From Octopus bimaculoides (lineage: Eukaryota), in the NCBI RefSeq assembly GCF_001194135.2, contig NC_068983.1, forward strand, positions 60,255,151 through 60,319,150: a stretch of DNA of 64,000 nucleotides, read 5' to 3'. A model generated the notes under the pieces. It was not told where the DNA came from. It saw only the letters and a list, made by a program, of their open reading frames with translations, and searched no databases. The position numbers and the translations under genes are program-made. Positions within the stretch are counted from its first letter, which is position 1. Each line of letters starts with the position of its first letter. Shown here piece by piece: positions 35,188 to 47,100 of this stretch.

Positions 35188-38100
35188 GCGCGCGCATATA
35201 CAAACACAACAGGCTTCTATCAGCCATGTAGTTTCAAGTTCAGTCACACTGTACAGCACCTTGGGCAAGTACCTTGTCGACCAAAGCCTTGTCAATGGAT
35301 TGAGTAGAGAGAAACTGAAAGCCAAGTGTGTGTGTGTGTGTTTATCCTTGTCTAGACATTATGTGATAGTTGTACATGCACATCACTATCATACAGGCAG
35401 TGTTGTTTACTTCCAGTCTTCTGTGAAAGTCATGTCTGGTCATAAGGAAAATATTACGCTACTTGGAGACAGGTGAGGGTTGGCAACAGAAAAAGCATCC
35501 AGCTGTAGAAAATCTCCCTTATCAAATTCTGTCTGACCCTTGCATGCATGGAAAAGTGGATTTTTATTGATGTTGATTTATAAGTCTACTTTGTTTATAT
35601 TGCTTATTTTATACAGTAGATACTCAAAATAATTAACGTCTGTTTAGAACATTTTCAATTTAGAAATTTTGACACTTTTTTTTTTCCATGCTACATGTTA
35701 ATTCATTTCAAACTCCTACTGATTTCTTCTTTCAGGTCCCAACACGACGACATGCTGTAATAACGAAACTATTCATAATTTTGCCAAAAGTTTGAGTCAG
35801 GCTCAAGAGTTGTTGACTCGCTGCCCGTCATGTTTTTACAACTTCCGCAACCTTTATTGTGCTTTCACTTGTGACAGTCAACAGAGCAAATATGTCTATG
35901 TTTCTGAGACAAAGAATATTTCTGGCAAACTTGCTGTAGGAGGCATTGACTACGCTGTTGATCCCGTGTTTGCCAATGGCCTCTTTGACTCCTGCAAAAA
36001 TGTTCTAATGCCTAGTGCCAATATGAAAGCCATTACATTGATGTGTGGTAGTTATGGCAAGCATTGTACTGCTAAAAAGTGGTTGCAATATATGGGTGAT
36101 GTTGGAAACATGCACACTCCCATTGCTATTCACTTCAATGTCACAAGCTCTCCCTGGAATGTTGCTCCTCAGAAATCATTAGTTCCCATGAATTACTCAA
36201 TAATTCCTTGTAATTTATCTGTAACCAATGACACAAAACCTTGCAGTTGTCAAGACTGCAGCGGTTCATGCCCTAAATTTCCACCAGCACCTAAACCTCC
36301 AGAGCCATGGGAGATTCTCTACATTAATGCTTATGATTTTATATGGGGCTCCATATTTCTGGGGTTTTTTCTTGCATTTATGTCCTATGTTATTTGGGAA
36401 AACATTGTGTGGCAAAACAGTTTGGGCTTAGCTGATGGAAGAGAGCCTAGTCAATTGTCTGATTATCCAGTTTTAGGGGAAACTGTTTTTGCATCTCGCA
36501 ATAAAATATCTTCTATAGGTGATAGCTTCATGAACTTCTTAGATGAAAAGTTTTATAAGTGGGGCTATTTATGTGCTAAATACCCACTGAGAGTTCTTAT
36601 AGTTAGTGCAGTTATTTCTATTGCCCTTTCTTGTGGGGTTATAAAATTCCAAGTTATTACTAACCCTGTATTACTGTGGTCAGGCGCTAATAGTGAAGCT
36701 CGTCTTCAGAAGAACTACTTTGATGCAAACTTCAGGTAAGTTACCTTCCTTCCATATGTAATCATATCAGCATGTTGGCTTCTAAACCTCATTTTACATC
36801 TTATCCCAGGGTCCCAATATGATATCTTCATTAATTTTGACATGAGTGGTGTAATATTTTTACACTATGCCATATGTGAAGCGAGGATCACATAGGTAGT
36901 GTTAGATACCCACGTCCCACTAGATGGTCATGTGGCACCTGAGGTCATATCACATTCTAGAAAATGTGAACTACACAAGTGCAGAGCCATCTCTTTGACT
37001 TCTTCGGTCCCAACAGATGACCAGTGCCTAGCCTTTCAAGCACAATTTGGACTGATTGGTCACAGCCAGGACACATCGTGCCACTCTCTTCTTCTCCCAT
37101 GTAATATCCTTGGTCATTGTCAACAACAATGGACAAACTAAAAGAAACAAATAATGTTGTGGCTACAAATGTCTTCACATCGTGTGTTGATTGTAGATAA
37201 GCATCACTGTCATACAAGCAGTGTTGTTTGTTACCAGTTTAGTTTGAAAAACGTGTAGCCATGGGAAAATATTATCTTGTTTGCAAACAGATGAAGGATG
37301 GTAATAGGAAAGGTGTCCGGTCATAGAAAATCTGGCTCAATGAATTCTGTCTGACTCATGCAAGCATGGAAAATGAAAACTAAATGATGGTGACGATGAT
37401 CAACAGCAATATAAACATGGGGAAAATTTGATCTGGGAGTGAATAGTAGTTTGAATTATATCTCAACACAACCTCCTGTCCCCACACATTTGATATGATG
37501 CTGTATTCTGATATCTGAGTTGTATGATTTTTAGCAGACCATTTTCAAATAGAGCCAAGCTGCCACCTTTACACTTCTGTCCTATCACTTATACTGCACT
37601 TCAGTGCTGTGTGCGTTCATGATCAAAGAACTTACATTTCATTGGTTCGTTAAGTACACTAACTCTGTATACATTAGGTTAGTCCACATAACTCTGTAAG
37701 GAGCATAGGGTTGGTTTCCTCAGTCTCTCTGGCATATCTATTCCTTCCTAGATGGGACACTGGTCTGTTGCAACGATTACTCTCTTTTACCAGCTGAGTG
37801 GACTGAGGCAATGTGAAATGAAGTGTTTTGCTTAAGAACACGATACCTTGCTTGATTCAGGAACCAAAACCACAATCTTACAATCAAGAGTCTAACATCC
37901 TAGCCTCTAAGATATGCACCTCTACAATATGTATGTATTAGTGCTGATAAATGACACCAATCAAAATAGATCAGTTGGGAGAGTGTTAGACTGAAGATCT
38001 AAAGGTCTCTGGTTCAATCTTGGGTTTTGGCATCTGGTGGCTGGTCTGCTTTCTTTATTTTACGTTCAAGTTTTCATGCTGACATCACATAAAAGCTCCC

Positions 38101-41100
38101 ATGCTGGTCCCACATAAAAATCCCTCAGTGCACTTTTGTAAAATGGTTAGCATTAGAAAGAGCATCAAGTTGTAGAAACCATACCAAAACCGATGACCGA
38201 AGTCTGCTGCAGCTCTCCAGATTGTCAGCTGCTGGCAAACCATCCAGTCCATCCCAGGATGGAAAACAGTCATTAAATGATGATGATGATGATGATGAAG
38301 AAATGACTTTATTGTTACTTTGCAATTTTTTTTAGTTAGATGCCTCCTATAGGCTTCTTCTAGAATATTACATTTGGAAGTGACTCTAGATGCTCAATTG
38401 TCTGCCAGTCTGTCTTTGATGGTCAGGCTATGGCTGTGTGGTTAAGAAGCTCACTTTGTAACCTCATGGTTTTGGACTCTGTGCAGCACCTTGGATAAGT
38501 GTCTTCTGCCGTAGCCCTAGGCCAACCAATGCCTTGAGTGAGACCATGCTGAAGCCCATCATGTATGTATGTACGTGTCGTTATGTGTGTTTGTCACTCC
38601 ATGCACATAGTATCTGGCAACTGGTGTTGGTTTGATTACATCCTAGTAACTTAGAAGTTTGGCAAAAGAAAGTGATAGAATAAGTGTCATACTTAATGGT
38701 GCCCCAGCATGGCCAGAGTCCATTGACTGAAACAAGTAAAAGAAGATATGGCATACTCTCATAAACGAAATGATGCAATACAAAAAGTGATGATTGGTGC
38801 CTGACCAGCCTCTATCAATTTGTGCCAATCGCTGTTGGAACTTCAGGTATTCTCAGAACTCACACTGGCAATTTCATCTGCAAAATCAGGATAACTGTGG
38901 CCTGTCTGAGAAATGATCCCCACCTTGTGAGGTGGCTGTTACAGCAAGTGTCACTGGCCATTCTCCATGACAGTACTGTTGCAGTCATGTCTGCAAGGTG
39001 CAGCAGAACATGGCACTTGTTCTAGGGTATGTTCCCCCCACCCATCTTCTGCTGTTTGATCCCCACCCTCTTTTGTATTTTTCCTTTGTTTCCTTGTACT
39101 TAAATTGTGATTCAATCTTTATGTCAATAAAAGACAAAACACCATAGAACCGAGTAATTTATAACAGCTTGGAAACTTTGAAAAGCATAAAACTGATCTC
39201 AGAGTTATGAAAGAGTTTTATATTTGGTTGTCCGGAAAGTTCGTGCTGATTTATAGAAGCTTACCTTTTGACTCATTTGCCATGAAACCACCTCAATTCT
39301 GGGACGAGGATATTTTCAAGTTAAAGGAAAGATGGAGACGCATTGTGCAACACAATGATTCATATTTGGTTGATTAAAAATGTAATGGCAAGTATTTATT
39401 GACCTTTTTCTTTCCTTTAAAAATCGGCACAAACTTTCCGGAAAACCCAATAGTTATCCATTTATGATTTAGAATTGTATGACAGCACCACCTTACTGAA
39501 TATCATTCTTATGTTTTTTTTCTTTTCTTTTGAAGTCCTTTTTATCGCAGTGAAATGATAATTATAACAAGAAATGGGAACCACTCTCGTATCCAGCATC
39601 TTATGCCACCACCATCACCAACATTTGTCTATTACAATCCCATTTTTGACAAAGACTTCATGCATGAGGTTAGATTTCGTTTTTCTATTTGTTATTAAAT
39701 TATTAAAATAATTGGCAGGAAACCTGCTTATTTTCATGACAAATTCTTTTCATACTAGAGATAGCAGAGACATGGCTGTGTGTTTAAGAAGTTTGCTTCT
39801 TAGATGGTATCCAGGTTCAGTCTCACTGTGTGATACCTTGGCAAGTGTTTTATGCTGTACACTCATACTGATCATAGCCTTGTGAGTGGATATGACAGAC
39901 AGAAACTCACAAAAACCCATCATATATTTCTCTGTGTTTGTGTGTGTGTGTTTATGTCTCCTTTTCTTGACATAGAGTAAAGTATGAGAGAAAAGGGTCA
40001 GAGCAGAGGAGTGACATGACTGCATTTTAGAAGAGAGGGTAAAAGTTCTGGCACTTGAAAGTGATAAAAAACTGAGGATAAAGTATCAGAGTACATCTAA
40101 GGTATGAGCTGGGTAGGTATCAGAGTTATACAAGGTGGGACAGAGGTGCCAGGAGTGAGTCGGATGAGTAGGAAATGTCTGATAATGCAGAGCAGCAGAA
40201 TAGAAACTATGGTACAGTGAAAAGCATTGGTGCTGGTGCCAAGCACAAAGTACCTGTGCTGGTGCCAGGTGAAAATTATTGATGCTGGTGTCACATGTAA
40301 AAGTACCGGTGCTAGTGTCAGTGTCAGGTAATAGCACCTGTGCTGGTGCCACATATGAAAGCGCTCTGCAAAGTGGTTGGCATTAGGAAGGGCATCTAAC
40401 TGTAGAAACCATGCCAAAGCAGACAACTGGAGCTTGGTGTGGCTCCTGGCCTTGCCAGCACCTGTCCAACTGTCCAATCCATGCCAGCATGGAAAACAGA
40501 TATTGAATGATGATGAGGAGGAGGAGGATGATGACCAGTGGGGTGAAAGAAAGATGGTCTGTTGTTGCTTAGGTTGCAGGAGTGGGTGGAGAAAAATGAG
40601 GCAAGTGCAGTGTATGACAATGGTGAGACGTATGCTGGCCAGGAGGACAATATTTAAACATTTCATCTCACGAAGGTATTTCTTGTTTTTCAGGTTCTTG
40701 ACTTGCAAAATGCTATTTCTGAGCTGACTACAGAATTCAACAATGAAACAATTGGACTAAAAGACATCTGTTTCTCCCCTTTGGCACCTGCCAATAACAA
40801 CTGTACAATCCAGAGTATATTCCAGTACTTTCAGAACGACCATGCCAACCTTGATAAAGTCAACAAAACCGTCCTACAAACATTTGCTGATTATCTTGAC
40901 CACATAGAAACCTGTGCTATGTATGTTCACATTAAGAATTTATCTTACCAGATTTTTTTTGCTAAGCTACTTCACTGAATTTCTTTTTATTATTATCATT
41001 AAGATGGTGAGCTGGCAGACTCGTTAGCATACTGGGCAAAATGCTTAACAGCATTTCTTCTGTCTTTACATTCTGAGTTCAAATTCTGTCAAGGTCAACT

Positions 41101-44100
41101 TTGCCTTTCATCCTTTCAGTCGGAGTTAATAAAATAAGTACCAGTTGAGCACTGGGGTCAATGTAATTGACTTGACCTCACCTTTGAGCCTATAATAGAA
41201 AGGATTATCATTATTGAATGAGAGAGCTTGGCGTTAGGAAGGGCATCCAGCTGTAGAAACTCTGCCAAATCAGATTGGAGCCTAGTGTTGCCATCCGGTT
41301 TCACCAGTCCTCAGTCAAATCGTCCAACCCATGCTAGCATGGAAAGCGGATGTTAAACGATGATGATGATGATGAGAGCAGTGCATATCAACAAAGTGAC
41401 ACTGGAGTACGAATATATGAAACCCTATATACCCATCATGACTACCCATCTGATAAGAGTATACCAGGCAACCATATGTACACAACATGGTGACCTTGTA
41501 TCAAGGTAAACAAGACATGACATTGCAGGTGGGGCCCTGAGGTCAAGTTGCCAATTCTGCTCAAAAGGTCCCTGAATAAGGTTCGTTTAAGGATGCTAAA
41601 CGAAACAATCAGGTTTCCAGTGGTGAATTATTCATACCCCAAAGAATTCCTCTCAACACATGGCTATGATGCTCCCCAACTACTTCTGCTCATGATCAGA
41701 GATGCGCATATCATCAGCCACCAAGAGACATGCTCAACTGGTTACGGTCAAACAACTGACAAGCAAATCTGTGGTACTGAGCAGAATATTTGCTGGAGCT
41801 CATTATCATTATTATTATTATTATTATAGCAGCAAGCTGGAAAAAACATTAGCAAACTGGACAAAGTGCGAGTGGCTTTTTGCCTGTCTTTACATTCTGA
41901 ATCCAAATTCCACTGAGGTCAACTTTGTCCTTCGTCTTTTCGAGGTTGAGAAGACAAGTACCGGTTGCATTCTGGGTTCCATGTGATTGCCAAACTTTGA
42001 AACCGTTGCTATTACTTCATTCTTGTTTCAGTTCATATTGGCATTGTTTTGAGGCACTAACAGATTTAGTTTGTCAGATTTGTTCAAACAGTTCTTCTGT
42101 ATCCTCAGTTCTTTTAACCGTGAGACAATATAAGAATTCGTTATAGGCATAGGTATGGCTGTGTGGTAAGAAATTTGCTTCCCTATTGCATAGTTCTAGG
42201 TTCAGTCCCATTGCATGAGACCTTGGACAAGCTTCTTCTTCTAAAGCCCCAGGCCAATCAAAGCTTGTGAGTGGATTTGGTAGATGGAAACTGAAAGAAT
42301 CTCATCGTGTGTGTGAGTTTGAAAGAGAGAGAGAGTGCATTTGTTATCCCACCTTAGTTCATCCCATGCCTGACAACTGCTGTTGGTTTGTTTACATTAC
42401 AATAACCTAGCAGTTCAGCAAAAGACACTGATAGAATATGTTCCAGGCTTAAAAATAAGCACAGGTTGATTTGTTTGACTAAACCCATTAAGACAGTGCT
42501 CCAGCTTGGCCACAGTCCAATGTCTGAAACAAGCAAAACACACGCACAAACACACCATAACTTTGTCTTTCCTTTTCCCTCTTCAAGCTGCTCATTATCT
42601 CTGTATTTTCTCAACTTTTACAGGAATCCTACTTTGATGAATGACACCAGTATTAGTTTACCTTGTACAGGTAACTTTGGAGGACCAGTTGAAATCAGTA
42701 TGGCACTTGGAGGACTAACAAGTATGTATACTTTGCTCTTTTATACTTCATTATACCACACAGGTATGAGCTGGTGGTGAACTAAGGGTAGCTGCCTCCT
42801 GGCAGTGTCGGTTTATTTGCAGTGATTATGATTAATTATTCTCTAAAACACATTTCTTTGCTTAACCTCAATCCACTGAAGTTAACATAGGCACGGGTGT
42901 GGCTGTGTGGTAAGAAGATTGCCCCCGCCCAACTACTTGGGTCTTGGCTCAGTACCACTACATGGCACCTTGGGCAAGTGTTTTCTATTGCAGCCTCAGG
43001 CCAACCAAAGCCTTCCCATTGTGTGTGTTTGTGTGTTTGTCCCCATCACTGCTTGACAGCTTGTGTTGGTGTGTTTACATCCCTGTAACTCAGTGGTTTG
43101 GCAAAAGAGACCGGTGAAGTAAGTCCTGGGATCAATTCATTTAACTAAAAATTCAAGGAAGTGCCCCAGCATGGCCGCAGTCTAATGACTGAAACAAGTA
43201 AAATATAAATCAACATGAAATTTTAGTGAGAGGTTTTAATTGAGATCACTTTAAAACAGGAAGCTACTATCATAGAATGAGGGACACGTCCACACATAAG
43301 GAGATGCACATCCATACATACAAACACGGTACATAGTTGCAAAATACACACACACACACACATACATAAAAACACAAACATAGACATGCAAACACATGAA
43401 TATGCAGAATTCATATGCACATATACATGCATACATGTATAGGCACACACACACACACATGCACACAAACAAACAAAAAGGAATGCAGTGTGAATAACGG
43501 TCAGTCAACAACTATTGAAAAGGTGACAAGATGCAACGAAAATTTTAGGAAAATAAAAAAGAAATAAGTGGAAATTTTACCAGTGAGTGTGTTAAATTAT
43601 AAGACACTAAAAAAGAATGACTGTCCCCAGACACAACAGAATATGCTTCAACACACGAACTCTCATAAAAAATCTTGCAAACGAAATATCAGAAGAGTTC
43701 ATCCTAATTATTTAATTATTTTGCAATATTTAAATTTATTTACATTCTCTGAAGAGGATGGGTGCAATATCTAACCTTTTTTGTGCCTAATTGGGTTAGT
43801 TACCATATATTTCTTGAAATATACTGCTTTCGTTTCAGTTAATTTTGAAAATAACGAAGAATTTGCCTTCATTAAACTGGTGTTTGGATCATAAATTAGC
43901 ATTAAATTTTGATGAAAGGTTTTAATTTAAACCCTTTTAAAACAGGAAATTTGTATCATAGAACTAGGGTCTTCAGTGGGTTAGTATCAAAGAGTAAGAT
44001 TTATTTCTCCTCATCCCCACCACTGCTTATTATAAAGTTCCCGCCTAAAAGTTAACTTTTTTTTTACTTGTTTCAGTCATTTGACTGCAGCCATGCTGGA

Positions 44101-47100
44101 GCACCATCTTAAAGGTTATTTAGTCAAAGAAATCGACCCCAGGACTTATTCTTTGTAAGCCTAGTACTTATTCTATTGGTTCCTTTTGTCAAACTGCTAA
44201 GTTACGAGGACGTAAACACACCAGCATCAGTTGTCAAGCGGCGGGGGGGGGGGATAAACACACACACACACACACATATATACGACAGGCTTCTTTCAGT
44301 TTCTGTCTCCCATATCCACTCACAAGGCTTTGGTCGACCTGAGGCTATAGTAGAAGACACTTGCCCGAGGTGCCACGCAGTGGGACTGAACCCAGAACCA
44401 TGTAGTTGGGAAGCAAGCTTCTTACCACACAGCTATTATTCTTGGCCTAATCTTTCATTAATTGTTGAGTCTTCCATTATATGATTTACTATATGTTTCA
44501 GTAGTAGACAGGCTCAGATTCGTACAGAAACAGAAGTTATGGCTCGTTGTTTATTTCTAGAGGATTAACTATTGAAATTAAAACTAAACACAGTTATAGA
44601 TTCACCTCCTTATCAGATGTTTCCTACCTAACCTCTAACACCATTATACAATTTGACATTCATCCTAAGTACCAGTTGCGTACTGTGTCGATCTAATCGA
44701 CTGGCTCTCTCTCCATAAATTTCGGGCCTTGTGCCTAGAGTAGAAACGAATATTTTAACTTTCAATACATGCCGTTTCAGTTGTTATTGTTGATAAATAG
44801 TCATATACCAGGAGTCGGGGGAGGCGTCGGCTCTGGTGGAATGTTGTTATTGTAAGGGAGATAATCACTTCTCGATCATCATGACGGCGTTAGAAGTTTG
44901 AATTTTAAATTGAAGAGCATTGAAGAAGATGCACCTGTTTATCCGGGAGTTTTCAGTGAATAGACACAGGTGTGGCTGTGTGGTAAGAATGCTTCCCAGC
45001 TATGTGGTTCTGAGTTCAGTCCCACTGCATAGCACCTTGGGCAAGAACCTTGACTATAGCCTCAAGCCAACCCAAAACCTAGAGTGGATGTGGGACACTG
45101 AAACTGAAAGAAGCTCAAATTGTGTGTATGTGTGCGCGCGTGTGTATTTGTGTGTTTTTGTCCCATGCCACTGCTTGAGTACCAGTGTTGGTATGTTTAT
45201 GTCCCCATGACTTAGTGGTTCAGCAAAAGACACCAATAGAACAAGTACCAAGCTTAAAGAAAAAAAAAAGTACTGGGGTGAATTCGTTCATCTGAAATTC
45301 ATGTTGCAGCATGGATACAGCCAAAGAACTGAAACAATCTCAAAAAATAAGACGTGTGTGTGTGTGTTTGCAGGACCAGCTCAAGGTACCGGTAACACGG
45401 GCAGTTGCCCAGCGTAACGTGCTAGGAGGCTCCAAGGAGGGTGTGATAAAAACAAGGAAATTTCCATGACTGTCAGCTTGTACATGCTGATATTTGAAAG
45501 CTTGGTAATTACTCTATCAGCAGGGCCAGCTCAAGGTACTGGCAACTTGGGCAGTTGCCCAAGGTACCATGTTCTAGGGAATACCAAGGAGAGCGTGACA
45601 AAGACAAGGAAATTTCCACAACCGTCAGCTTGTACATGCTAAGGTTCAGCTTGCCTGGGGCGCCAGAAACCCTAGGGCCAGTCCTGTATGTGTGCATGTT
45701 TGTTGTAAGCAAGTGTCGTCATAGCACAAGTGGCGTCCTTCATTGCCAATCTTGCATGACATTTCTGACCATGGAAAAATAATATCTTGCTTGGAAACAG
45801 GTGGGGTTTGGCAACAGGAAGGGCATCTGGCTGTTAAAAATCTGCCTCAATAGTTTCCATTCAACCCAAGCGAGCATGGAAAGATGAATGTTAAAGCAAC
45901 AATAGTAAATTGTATCAGCTAAATTTCATTTCCTACAAGAGTGTTTGTTGGCTGGTCTGAGGTGGTGACTGGTTGAGTTGATGAATGGAAAAGTGTTTCT
46001 TGGGCTGCATCAACTAGCAACACTTGCAAACATTTAACAGAAGATCTTATTCTTACTCATAGAGTTAACCTGTGTTGGTCTTTGATAAATAACAACAGCA
46101 ATAATTACATACTGAAAGAGAGATACTCCTTTGAGTTTACAATAAGTTTACTGATACAGCGATCTGTAGATGGCCCGCCATAACAGGAAACTATTGTGCT
46201 ATGTTTGTGGCAACAGAGATTCCTGTCATCTATCTGCCATCTGTCTTAACCATTTTCCTGAGTTGTCTGGCTGTGGCAAGAATGGAGACACATTACACAG
46301 CTGCCTCAACATTCTGCCTGGTGAGAGGTGTGAATGAATCTGAACACTCTGCACAGAGTTAAGACACCAAAAGTGGTTTTGTATGGGATGCAAGCAGAAA
46401 ATTCTAGAAGATTGAATCATGTAATGGCTTGGTGCTGATTGGTTGCTTCATCGACCAATCATGTGAAGTTATCATGGTTCAGTCACTATGTCTGACCAGT
46501 TACCAATTATGCTAAAACTCTTAGAAAAGATTTCAACTTCCTTTTTCTTCTTTCCTCTGGTTATTGCACTTATAGTTTGTCTGCTTTCATGTCTTTCTGT
46601 TAAAGATTTGTTCTCTTCATAATCATTTAACACTTTACTTTTCTGTTTTTTTATCTGCAGATAATAATGTAAAGAATGCCACTGCTTTTATCATCACTTT
46701 TATTGTCAACAACTATCTTAATGATAGTAAAATTGCCAAAGCAGCTGCATGGGAGAAAAAATTTATTCAATTTCTGAAAAATTATTCCAATCCAAATATG
46801 ACAATCTCTTTCTCTGCAGAGGTAATTAATATCTTCAAAGTTTTAACCATGTTAATTAAAATTATTGTGATAGATTTAAAAATGACCCAGATTTGACTTG
46901 AATATATGGGCTTACCAAATCCCAAGATTGTCTAAAACAAATGTATGTAGCTACATTATAGAAATACTGCTATGTGGTTAAGAAATTTGCTTCTCAGGTT
47001 CAATCCTGTTACATGGTACTTTGGGCAAGTGTCTTCCACAATAGCCGTAGGTCAATGAAAACCTTATGTGTGTATGTTTGTGTACGTGTGGGTGTGTTTC

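Noticed and set aside
45990-46420. Non-repetitive-looking stretch with ORF 46226-46420 (-)
   Set aside because: No recognisable motif in any frame and multiple stops.
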